Below, in pieces: positions 52,844 to 64,000 of a stretch of 64,000 nucleotides of DNA. Below the pieces are notes generated by a model, which saw only the letters and a program-made list of their open reading frames with translations, did no database searches and had not been told where the DNA came from. The DNA comes from Hormiphora californensis. Its lineage: Eukaryota > Animalia > Ctenophora. The DNA is taken from assembly GCA_020137815.1 (NCBI GenBank), contig CM035354.1:7006001-7070000 (forward strand), read 5' to 3'. Numbering within the stretch: the first letter of the stretch is position 1; every line of letters begins with the position of its first letter. A program made the position numbers and the translations under genes.

Positions 52844-54057
52844 ATGACATTGAAGGCAATCCCGCTGAAGTTATGGACGAGGAAAGAGTTGGACACGTTT
52901 ATGAAAGATAATCTACCTATGGATATGGACCCAATCTTGCAAGGTAAAAAAGCTCCCCCAGCGGGTATCACTAAAGATATTCTATGGAATTTTGCTATTA
53001 ACCTATTGAGAATGGTGGACAAGCAGCAGGATGACCTTGTGAAGACCAAGTCAGAAGAAGGAGCAGTAGTGGGACAGGATAAGTCTGAACAGGTTCTCAA
53101 GGAGCTTGAGGCTATGCGGGAGTGTTTTGCAAACATACCAGACATGATACAGAAGGCGATAAACGGCAAGGAGAAGACTGATGATACTGGAAAGTTGCTC
53201 AACCCCAGCCCTAAGAAGACACCACAGAAGCACACCCTCAAACTTGAGAAAGTTGGACTGGAAAAATGGAAAGTTGTAAAGGCGAAGGTACGAAAGACTC
53301 TGCAGTCAATCCCAGTTGATGGAACCAGCTCGAATGAAGAGGATACCAATCTAGTTTTCAAGGACAAGTCTCAACGAGACAAAGCTGAAGAACTGCTGAA
53401 ATCTGAATTTGATACTTCAACAGCCACTCTGACCACCAAGAAGCTCAATCCCAAAGTTACAATCTCAGACATTGCTGGAGAAATTACCACTGCCGAGGAA
53501 GTGTACAGTGAAATACTGAGGAAAAATGAGGAAATCAAAGAGCAGGTTGAAAGTCACCAAGAGGAACTGAAAGTCATCTTTCTTCACAAGGAGGATCGAT
53601 ATGCAGTTGTCCAGATGTCAAAAAAGATACGGGAGATTGTTCGCAAAAGGAATGACAGAATTAACCTTGATTTTCAAATCCACATTGTGAAGGATCGATT
53701 CCATATCGTTCAGTGTTTCAAGTGTCAACGCTATGGTCACAAGTCAGACTCAGTGATGTGCCCCAGGAGAGACAGCGGAGATCAGTTTGTACCTACTGTG
53801 CTGGAAATCATCGGTTCAAGGATTGTCAAGTGAAGAAGGATAGAAAAGTTGACTCCAGATGCTGTGCAAACTGCAAGAGTAGCCGAAGCAAGATCGATCA
53901 GCTCAATGCCACCACCCACACAGCGAACAGTTTCCAGTGTCCCTTCTTTATCATGGAGAAGGAGAGATTGATGAGTAGAACAGCCGGAGCTGAGATGTTA
54001 AAAAACGAGTACAGTCGGAAGGCACGAGACTTCTTGGAAAGAAGGAGAACTCACTAA
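52844..54057 (+). CDS. LINE ORF1 (gag-like zinc-knuckle protein), frameshift near 53780
   Basis: Coiled-coil region, then QCFKCQRYGH...C, CTYCAGNHRFKDC and CANC...H....C. Confidence 0.8.
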
Positions 54058-54068
54058 GAGTTGGAACA

Positions 54069-56833
54069 TTGAACTGCAACTCCCTTGTCAATAAGACTGC
54101 TGGTGTACTGGAACACCTTGAGGACCAGCTTGTTGACATTTGTCTTCTTCAAGAGACCTACCTGAGGAAAGGTGACAATGCTAAACATCATGAGATAAAG
54201 GAAAGAGGATGGGAAATCCACTCGGCACCGAGGAAGCAGAGGATTGGTGGTGGAGTAGCAATGGTATACAGAGCGGACCTGGGTGTTAAATCTGGACCTA
54301 CCAAGTGTTTCAAGACCTTTGAGTGTACAGAGACTACTATTGGAAATGCTAGTGAGATGTACCGGCTAGTAAACATCTATAGGCCACCGTACTCGAAGAA
54401 GGCACCTCATACCCAGAGCCACTTCCTGGATGAATTCAAGGGATACCTTGAGGAACTAAACTGTAAAGTCGGGACACCATTAATCATGGGAGACTTCAAC
54501 TTTCACATGGAAAGGCCTGATGAATTTTATCCAAAAAAGCTACAGGAGATGATCGAGGAGTTTGACTTCAAACAGATGGTTCCCTTGATATCAACACACA
54601 GACATGGAGGTACTCTAGACCTAGCCCTGATGGATGCTACTGTAGCAGACTGTCTTGAACCAGTTAGGATCTTGGAGGAGGGAACTACTTCAGACCACCA
54701 TCTTGTAACAGTGGACCTACAACTGACTGCGAGGATTAGTAAGAGGAAACGGCCGGAGACAATTTGGTATCGGGACTTCTCGAAGGTGGATGTGGAGAGT
54801 TTTAATGAGGATCTAAAAGCCAGTGGACTGTTTACCTCACCTGCTGATGAAGAGGATGTTGATAGCCTTGTTGAGAAGTTATATGGAACGTTGCTAGTCC
54901 TGGTTGATAAGCACTGTCCAATGAAGAAGAGAAGGAAGAAAGAGAAGTATACACCATGGATGGAAGAAGAGCTGCTAACCCTCCGGAGGAAGAAGCGGCG
55001 TGCTGAGAGAAAGTGGAGAAAGGACAAGACTAAAGAGAAGCCGCAGCTAAGGGCCATGTATGTGGAACTAAGGTCAGCTTTCAACAAGATGGAGGTCAGA
55101 AAACGGTCAGAATACACCAGAAGAAATATTGAACTCTGTGGACGCGATCAAAAGAGGCTCAACCAACAACTGAGCAAGCTACTGGGTAACTCCAATGTTA
55201 TCCTCCCAGATATGGTCAACCCGGAGAAACTAGCAACTGAGTTTGGAGAGTTTTTCAAGTCCAAGATTGATAAACTACAGAAGAAGATTGGTGACAAGAT
55301 TGAAGAGTTGGGTGAAAAGAAATCAACGGAGTCCGGTGCGAGTCAGGACTGAAAGAGGCTATTGTGAGGCCCACGATCAAGAATACTTCTGGAGATGTGG
55401 ACTCTCTTGCGAACTACAGACCAGTCTCGAATCTCAGTGTTCTGTCCAAGCTAGCGGAGAAAGCTGTTAATGTACAGCTAAATGAACATTTGGAGAAAAA
55501 CGACCTGCGAGGTGAATGCCAATCTGGTTTTCGCCCCAACCACAGTTGTGAGACACATATGGTGCGAGTCGTTGATGATGTCCTTGGGGAAATGGACAGA
55601 GGAAATGTTGTGGCAGTCGTTCAAATTGATCTTTCGGCTGCATTTGATACCATTGACCACCCTCAGCTTTTGAAGAGACTGGAGAAGCGGTTTGGAATTG
55701 GATCAACGGTACTCGAATGGTTCACTAGCTATCTCAATGACAGGAGCTATAAAGTTAAAATTGGAGATGCCCTCTCACCTAGGCTCTTTCTCAAATATGG
55801 AGTACCCCAAGGCTCTCTCCTTGGTCCTGTCCTCTTTGCCCTGTATGTGGAACCTCTAGAACCTATTGTAAAGAAGTATGGACTCACAATACGACTTTAT
55901 GCAGACGATAGCACAATATACATCGGATTCTGCCCTGTGGAAGGCTGGACAGGTTCAAAGGAGACTATTGAGAAATATTTGGAGGAGGTAAGAACGTGGA
56001 TGATTGAAAACAGACTGATGGTTAATGAGGATAAAACTGAGTTTCTTATCCTGGGGAAGAAGAAGAAGATGGATATTGTACGTGAGGAGAGTGACCTGAC
56101 TCTTGAGCTAAATGGGAACATCATTTCCCCCATGGACATGGCTGGAAAATCGGGAAAGACCCTTGGTGTCTATCTTGATGAACAAATGGATATGAAACGT
56201 CAAATCTCCATGGTCAAGAGGAATGCTGGAGTTACTATGAGGAACCTCTGGCAGATCCGCCGATTCATTGATAAACCTCTACGTCTGATGCTTGCCTCCC
56301 AGCTGGTCATATCCAAAGTGGACTATTGCAATGCCCTGTATTTCAACCTACCGGCCTCTACCATCAAGCCGCTGAAAGGACTAATGAATCAAGTAATAAG
56401 ATACATCCATGGAGTCAGAGAGAGGAAAGTTGATCTGGACCCCTTCTACCGTGATTCCCATATCCTTACGATTGAGAAGAGGATATTTTTCAAAATCTGT
56501 TTACTAGGGTACAAGATCTATTATGGAAGTGCCCCTCAGTACCTTCAGGATCTAGTGGAACATGATGAAAATACTGCAGTGCAGAAGTCTACTCGTCAGA
56601 GCTGTAAAGTAGACCATTACAAGTTAAAGCTACTTTCTGGAAATGTGAAAGTGAGCAAACTGGGAAAAAGGAGAATATCCCAATATCTCCCCCATGTCTG
56701 GAACAACCTACCGGAGAACCTCAGAGACGCACCTTCAGAGGACTCCTTCCGTATTCGCCTGAAGACCTACCTGTTCGATGCTACTGTTACCTTCTCTGAA
56801 AGACCTTATTTGGTTTTCGACATCAGTCTTTGA
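54069..56833 (+). CDS. LINE ORF2 (APE endonuclease + reverse transcriptase), broken by a deletion/frameshift near 55345
   Basis: LNCNSL, LQET, GGGV, YRPP, GDFN, TLDL, SDH; NYRPVSNL, QSGFR, DLSAAFDTIDH, GVPQGSLLGP, YADD, LGV, SKVDYCN. Confidence 0.93.
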
Positions 56834-57766
56834 TAATTTCTTTTCGGTTATTCATTAGTCCCCGTTCTCACACGGTCACCCCTGCTGCTGTCACATAATT
56901 CTTTATAATCTAAGATACTATTCAGTTTATCATTTTTGTTATTATTTTTTCTGATTATACTTGTCACCCACAGTCACCAAGTGTTGAGAGTTAATAAAGT
57001 CTACTATATATGTCAGTTATAAGTCACCAGTATGAGTTACCATTTACGACCTTTTGTCAACCAATATGTCAAGATAGGATGAGAGAACCGCTATGAATGG
57101 CAATTGCTCTTCGAACCAATCGAGAGTACTTGTCTATTTAGTCGGTATATAAATCCATTTTGTTGTTGTTGTTGTTGTTGTCCTAAAAAGCATACGTGGC
57201 GAAATATGATTTGCTTGGTCGAATAGGGAGCATATTCTGCGTTATGATGATCTAATAGATCGGTGTATCCTAAATTTCTGGTTGCTATGAAAACTAAAAT
57301 AGGGTATTCATTGTTGAGTAAGGGGTATTCAACCTATTTCGAAGCAGAGAGAAAGAGGGGTAAAGATAGGAAACTACAGAGAGATAGAGATGAGATATAT
57401 TATGGAGAGGTTTGAGCCTTGTGATTGTATGACCTATGTGCTATGGAAGTCTTTCACAATGACAAATGAACAGACATGGTGAAGAGTGAGTGAATGAAAC
57501 CACTTGTAGGGCATACTCTAGGCGATTCTGCAAATAAACAGAAAAAAGGTATGCCAGCCTATGATAGATGTAGGTGGTTGTTTTTACTTGTGACGTGTTA
57601 CCTGTCGTGATCTGAATTTTCTTACCTTGTGACGTTACCACCGGGCTACTTTCGCCCAACTTTTGGAAGAAAATTGTGTTGAGAGTAGCTGGAAATTGAC
57701 AAATGAAGAATTCTCTCTCTCTCAGTATCAAAAGTACGTATCTCTCTATCTGTCTATCTATCTCTT

Positions 57767-57892
<126 letters not shown>

Positions 57893-58052
57893 TCTCTCTG
57901 ATCTCTCTTAGTTCCTAGTTGTATATCTATTTGCCTCATGGAAGTAGAAGTGAAGGCTATTGCACAAACAACGCTTTTGATTTGTCTCGTAGTCTTACCA
58001 TACATTCTCAGATCTATTTGCCAACCCTTTTAGCCCCATTAGTATCGAAACG

Positions 58053-59409
58053 ATGAGTAATTGTCAAAGTGAAACAGACGACTCAAAATGCAGCAAATCA
58101 ATGGACAGTTGGACCTTCCACACAGAGCTATCTCCAAGGTTAACGGCACTAGAGAACTCATTGATACATAGTAAACAGCACTTCGCCACTTCTTCACCTT
58201 ATAATACTTTTAGACTGAATGAGATTGTGAGCAGTAAAGGATGGAAAACACTAGATCTCAGCGACCTCCTTTCACTACGGGGTGTCGATTATTTAGGACC
58301 CATTGAGTACACGGATATTTGTTTGGCGTGGATTGAGTGTCACCAGCCTGACCAGGAAACTTTCAACCTAATTTGGGAGAGTGTGCCCATTGGGCGACTC
58401 AGTGAGAGGTTAGTAATTCTAGTACAGTCGGACACCGATATACCGGCCACCGATTTACCGGATACCCCGTCACCCCAATTTACCGGATAAGACACTTTCC
58501 ACCGAGCAAGCATCCTTGTAAATCGGGGTCTGACTGTACCACATGAAAAGTGGTCCACATTACAATTGTGTACTACAATAGTTAGTTATGTGACTAATTC
58601 TAATAGGTTCGTGGACGATCTTATGAATCACATCCGGGACCAGCTGCACTATAAGATGCAGTGCCGGCACCGGTCTGGATCAGGGTTCTCTTCATACACG
58701 TTCGAGTTCAATCCTGCTGAGGTGAAATCGAGGAAGAAGTGCTGGAGAGAATGTTGGAGAGAGTGGCATGGTACGTTATGGTTATGACTTATGACTTAGT
58801 GACATAGACACATGTGCGAGATAGAATTCATGGGACAAAGCGTGATCTGGAACGTGCTAATGTTTCAACTAGTTAAATCTCTCACTCTCCCTCTCTCTCC
58901 TAGGTGACCATTGTTATTTCAAGTCAGTCAACTTCAAGAAGTTCGACAATTTGGGAATTCTAAGGACACCTATGCGAAAAGCGGTCGAAACCTGTGGGAA
59001 AATTGCAAGGCAACATATCCCTACCCCCATTGGCCCACTTTCCCCATTTACCCCCTGTCCTCATCAACCCCTTCCCCCACTACCCCCTGGTACTGTTTTA
59101 CATTGGTGGGGGTGGACAGAGACTTGGACTTACCGAATTCTAAACCCCGCCGATTACAATAACCCTGGGGAGTTCGATAGTGCGGATATTCAAAATGATG
59201 AGTGGTGTAGAAGGTCTTTTGTCAGTTTGTCTACCAACACCATTGAGGAATTTGTGGAGAAAATGTACAAGGATGGTGGGTCAAAACACTTGGCGTGTAG
59301 TATACAGTATGACATGGTAGATCATACCACACCGAGGGATAATGAGGATAGGAAGAGTGGGTGTGGGTTGTGTCATTACTGTAGGACCACCAAACAGCTT
59401 ACACAGTAG
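58053..59409 (+). pseudogene. Two-exon gene with a BACK-like N-terminal region, exon 1 interrupted by a MITE; intron 58771-58903
   Basis: Removing 58425-58538 fuses ORFs 58053 and 58566 in frame. A phase-1 GT-AG intron joins ORF 58951. WKTLDLSDLLSL...ICLAWIECH...VPIGRLS resembles a BACK domain. Confidence 0.65.
58425..58536. mobile_element. 112-bp short member of the CAGTCGGAC MITE family, TA TSD
   Basis: TA-CAGTCGGACACCGATATAC...GTAAATCGGGGTCTGACTG-TA. Confidence 0.85.
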
Positions 59410-60104
59410 GTACTAAGATGGCTGATTATTATAGTAGATGCTTAGTGCTGGGACCATCAGATTTCATAATTACTACTATTGGGTAGGCGGATTGCCGCTA
59501 AAGTGCCAATAACTAATTTACTAATCACCAGAAGTTTTGAATGACGGCAGTTGTTTTTTTGAATATGTGGACACGTTAAATCAATCAATTAGTTTTTGTA
59601 TGAAACTGCAGGGAAAACAATGAAACAATAAAATCTGCAGGTAGACTGAAAACGTAGACGTGGTATGTATTCTTTTTATCAGGATTTGTATGTGTATCAC
59701 CTGTAAACATAAACTTTATTATGATACTGTTTAGATCATTGTAAAACGAAAAATAATTAAAAAATAGTTCAAGTAATGCATTTACCTTTGGTTTCAAGGT
59801 ACACATGTGGTGATTTAAGGGTCTGGGATAAGGGCGGTGTATTCCAAATGTGATTCTTCAGCTTTTAGTTCTGTTGATATAAGTATCCAGAAAGTCAGAT
59901 TGGAGATTTGCTTGTTTCGACCTGAAAGTGATTGTTGATTAATAAATGGTATGAATTTGAACTTATCTGCTAACAAGCAAACAGGCCAAATCAATTAATT
60001 TAGAAATTTAAATCAGAAGTCAAAACTCACTATGGTAGCATGTAATGTAAAGTGTTGTAGTCACGTAACGTAGCTCTAAATAGCTGGTTTGACAGCAAGT
60101 TACT

Positions 60105-60720
60105 GGGGTGCTCGTGTTGTGAACTGGGAAGTTCTTGAAACTGAAAACGATAAAAAAAAAGGTGGTTGAAGGCTATAATTGACTCTGGGATTATTGCTTT
60201 AAGCTGATAAGCTGTTAATCAATTCTCACCAGTAGGTCAAATATTCAAAAGTGTGGCAGGTGCTCGTGTCGATCCAAGGTACCCAGTAGATAGCAGGGCG
60301 AATAACTTCACTAGGTTCCTTTAGTCTGCATTGATATACCGAGGAAGTGTAAATAAGTAGGTATGTGCTCGTTTCTGCTGAACCTGAAATGATATTTATT
60401 TTAAACTTCCAAACAATAATATTCAAACTAGCACTCACAGTCATATCTAGTTTTCACAATTAGAATAATTACAAATCATTCAAAACTCACCATGATAGTC
60501 TGCGATGGAAAGTGTAGTCGATTAAAAAGCTGGTTCTGTGTGGACGCGATCGTGGTGCTCATGTTTTGGCTCGGTACACTTGGTTTTAAAAACTGAAAAT
60601 GATAAAAAGGGGGTTGAAGGCTATAATTGACTCTGGGAATATTGCTGAGCTGTTAAACTGTTCATCAAATCTCACCAGTGTAATATTATGATGGTTCTAA
60701 GGTGTGGTCGGTGCTCGTTT
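60105..60720. repeat. Diverged direct duplication (about 130-160 bp, copies at about 60107 and 60554)
   Basis: Shared AAACTGAAAAYGATAAAAA..GGTTGAAGGCTATAATTGACTCTGGGA..TCTCACCAGT. Confidence 0.7.
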
Positions 60721-61152
60721 GGATAGATAGTCATGAATGGTTCCTAGCTGAAAATGGGTCGATTAGAACAAGAAATTGCAGATTAGAACTAAAACAGGAG
60801 ACTCTGAACAACTAACCTGCAGGATTGGTGTGTTGTTGTGGAGAGAGAGATGTTACTGATGGGTTTCTAGTTTATGTTAAATTTCGTGGATGGGTGTTGG
60901 GATTGGGTCGGGCCGTCAGGAATGGAGTGTAGCTGGAGAGTTGAGGCAGGGCGCTGCTTTGGTGGTTCCTTTGCCTTCGCCTGAGAAAAAGGGAACACTG
61001 TTACTTGTTAGGATACATAAATCAGGCAAAATCTGTTTACTACAAAGCAACGATGTTTACAAGGGGTTTAGAACTGATGTCTGATTAAAACGAACCTCTG
61101 TGTAGCCCCATGTGAAGGCATATTGGGAGCTGCCACCATGAAGCACCACCCC

Positions 61153-61823
61153 CTACACCATCATCTCTGCAGTCTGAACTCCCCGACTGGCACAGGGGGT
61201 TCCCGGTACCAGATCCTGGTACAGTTCAAGTCCTTTCTCCATAATAGACTGCTGTCCTACCAGCAGCCCAACAGCTGCCTGGCGCTGATCCTTCTCTATG
61301 TCAAAGAGGACCACCTCCAGCTCTTGCAGCTTAATATCGGTGTCCTGCACTCGCAGCTGTGTATCGTGCAGTTGCTGGATAGTATCCTCCAGCTGCTTGT
61401 GGGTTTGATGGTGGAGATCTCCGACTTTCTGATGAAAATTATTATCGGTAAAATAAGGGGAAGAAGGGTTCAAAATTTACGATTGGTACAAAAAATGATG
61501 TGATTTTAGAAACTTACGCCGAACAGACGGGTGAATGGTTTGACGATTCCTTTCACCCCCTGGATCTCCTCCACAATCACATTGATTGCTTGGATAACAA
61601 CACTGTCAATCCTCTTCTTCAGCTCCGTAATGGAATCTTTACTTGCGAAAGTCTCCATTCCCTTCTCAAGGTCGTTCAGACGATGATTTAGTTCCTCGCT
61701 CTTAGCTGTGAACATATCCATCTGACTGGTCGTGGTCCTCTTCATCAATAAGATGATGGCCACCTGGGTGGCCAACATTACCACTGCAAAGGCAGCCAAA
61801 GATATCAGTAGGATGGTTTCCAT
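61153..61823 (-). CDS. Small N-terminal TM plus coiled-coil protein; exons 61823-61518 and 61428-about 61153
   Basis: METILLISLAAFAVVMLATQVAIILL then heptad-rich sequence; a phase-0 GTAAGT...CATCAG intron joins the KVGDLHHQ coiled coil. The 3' end is uncertain. Confidence 0.6.
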
Positions 61824-61970
61824 GTTGAACAGAACGAACAGTAAATTAAACGAAATGTGAGTGATTTAACCAGAAATGGTAACTGCACGTGCTGTTTGTG
61901 TCCTCTAATATGTGAGCTTTAGTTACCTTGGCAACACGTGCAGTACCAGTTTTTACATTCCAGAGCTTAA

Positions 61971-63273
61971 GGGTACACCTGGCGTTTTTCATCATCGAGT
62001 GCCCAACCAAATGACTTCACCAGGGTTTAGGTCATACAAAATGGACCTCAAATATGCAATTTTAGCCCTAAAGTCGAATTCATATTTTTGCTACAGCCTA
62101 TTTTCAAAGTGGCGTTTTTTCAATTTTTGTTGGAATTTTTAACCTCAGGACCACTTTTTTTGAGATAGAAACATTAAATTCTTGAAATTTGAAGAGAATA
62201 TAAAGGTGAATAAGCCCAAAGAAGGATTTTTGAAATGGAGCTTATTTCTGGCCATGAGAAGGGTTTACTTTTTTGCTTCTTTGACACGCTGGCTGAGAAT
62301 GTTCCCATGCTTCATTAGAGATGAAAATCTGGAAATAGTTGCTCAAAACGATTATCTATGTGGCCCAAAAATTTTGGAACTTTCCCGTCAAAGATGTGGT
62401 GTACAGAGCTTGTTTTGTGAAACCCGTCTTTTTGAAAAAGAGAGGAATTCCCTGTATCTCCAAAACGGATGATCGTAGAGACCTGGGACCAAGCTTAATC
62501 GATTCAGAAGGTCCGATTTTGGGGGGGTCTTCTGAGAGACATTTTGCTCCTACTCCAACCGTTTTTGCTGTAATTGCGAAAAAGGTATCAGCAAGTAAGG
62601 GGGAAATCAGCCCGAAGCAGGCTACTGGAATAGAGTTGTTCCCCCTTTTCATAGAATTGGTTTTTTGCAATTACAGCAAAAACGGTTGGAGTAGGAGCAA
62701 AATGTCTCTCAGAAGACCCCCCCAAAATCGGACCTTCTGAATCGATTAAGTTTGGTCCCAGGTCTCTACGATCATCCGTTTTGGAGATACAGGGAATTCC
62801 TCTCTTTTTCAAAAAGACGGGTTTCACAAAACAAGCTCTGTACACCACATCTTTGGCGGGAAAGTTCCAAAATTTTTGGGCCACATAGATAATCGTTTTG
62901 AGCAACTATTTCCAGATTTTCATCTCTAATGAAGCATGGGAAAATTCTCAGCCAGCGTGTCAAAGAAGCAAAAAAGTAAACCCTTCTCATGGCCAGAAAT
63001 AAGCTCCATTTCAAAAATCCTTCTTTGGGCTTATTCACCTTTATATTCTCTTCAAATTCCAAGAATTTAATGTTTCTATCTCAAAAAAAGTGGTCCTGAG
63101 GTTAAAAATTCCAACAAAAATTGAAAAAACGCCACTTTGAAAATAGGCTGTAGCAAAAATATGAATTCGACTTTAGGGCTAAAATTGCATATTTGAGGTC
63201 CATTTTGTATGACCTAAACCCTGGTGAAGTCATTTGGTTGGGCACTCGATTATGAAAAACGCCAGGTGTACCC
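61971..63273. mobile_element. 1.3-kb non-autonomous foldback transposon, TTAA TSD with GG termini (Kolobok-like)
   Basis: TTAA-GGGTACACCTGGCG...CGCCAGGTGTACCC-TTAA; near-perfect arms of about 610 bp and a spacer at about 62581-62660. Confidence 0.9.
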
Positions 63274-63556
63274 TTAAGCCCTGTTTAGAAGTTTGTTGTT
63301 GTTTCCATTGTTCACACCGGTTGTGTGGGAGGGTGTAACACAGCCCCAAAAGTCACCGTATTTTCTTGAAGAACATGACACAGAAGACGATCATAACCAT
63401 GATAACTGGTCCATCCTTTTTGGCACATTTTGGCACATTTGGCACATTTGTAACTAGAATACAATTGGTTACGCAGTTTGTAGACTCCAAATTTAAAGCA
63501 CTTTCACCCTCTGCCAGTCATCTACCGTTATTCCAACACATTGCACAGAGAATTCA

Positions 63557-63927
63557 CTATACACAAAAGTTTGGTTTTGGAAAAGATAAACATGAAATAA
63601 CATTTTCAAATAAGATTTTATCAACAAAGTTGGCTAATTCCATCATTCCACAAAATTCGTTTCCTACACTTTCGATCCTCTTCTTGACACCCAACATGAT
63701 GTCCTTTTTAGCAACGGTATCCTTCCTAGCCAAAGAATCAAATCCTTTTTCAAGATCTCTGAGGCGGTTGTTGAATGCTTCACTTTTGGCTGCGAACAAA
63801 TCTATCTGGCTGGTAGTATGCTTCAGCTGCTTTGTCCCGTTTCTTTTATCAAAAAGATAACGACGATTTGGCTTGCCAACATAACAACCGTGAAGATAGC
63901 TACTCCAATCAAAGTGATGGAGTCCAT
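63557..63927 (-). pseudogene. Paralogue of the TM/coiled-coil gene at 61823, frameshift near 63835
   Basis: MDSITLIGVAIFTVVMLASQIVVIFLI then TTSQIDLFAAKSEAFNNRLRDLEKG, versus TTSQMDMFTAKSEELNHRLNDLEKG. Confidence 0.65.
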
Positions 63928-64000
63928 GGTAACTTTGGTAACAAAATTAAACGTAAAACGATTGAAGAATCCAGAAATGGACGTGAACCTCCTTACACCA

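Larger units (their letters stand above)
52595..57181 (+). mobile_element. Near-full-length L2/CR1-group LINE with putative SL head and (GTT)n tail; defective (ORF1 frameshift, internal ORF2 deletion)
   Basis: SL-like 36-mer, 5'UTR, ORF1 with three Cys/His knuckles, APE endonuclease, RT, 3'UTR and a TTG repeat ending at 57181. Confidence 0.92.

Noticed and set aside
62182-63062. Mirror-image ORFs on both strands (also 4647-5425)
   Set aside because: Artefacts of foldback arms; no transposase motifs.

Overview
Eukaryotic animal genomic DNA with spliced genes, nested genes, microsatellites and many MITEs. It is most likely a ctenophore, because a 36-41 nt motif present four times matches the ctenophore trans-spliced leader (SL) as I recall it from the literature (to be verified). 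From left to right: (1) the 5' part of a testin/LMCD1-like gene (-) with an intronless membrane-protein gene nested antisense in an intron; (2) a 25-kb tandem array of seven intronless VIT-vWA (VWA5A-like) genes, three intact and four disrupted, whose variation is concentrated around the MIDAS ligand site and in a swappable linker; the repeat unit also carries an orphan TADA3 first exon and the 5' end of a LINE; (3) the intact 8-exon TADA3; (4) a CBM14-GH18 chitinase, an acidic low-complexity gene, an atypical Rho-like GTPase, tandem BTB domains and a TMEM272-like gene; (5) a membrane-protein gene split by a truncated LINE; (6) a near-full-length L2/CR1-group LINE; (7) a BACK-like gene split by a MITE; (8) two TM/coiled-coil paralogues flanking a 1.3-kb foldback element. 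The most striking observation is that two distinct but related LINE families both begin exactly with the putative SL exon. This suggests retrotransposons whose 5' ends come from the host trans-splicing system. Scattered single-base frameshifts suggest some assembly indel errors.
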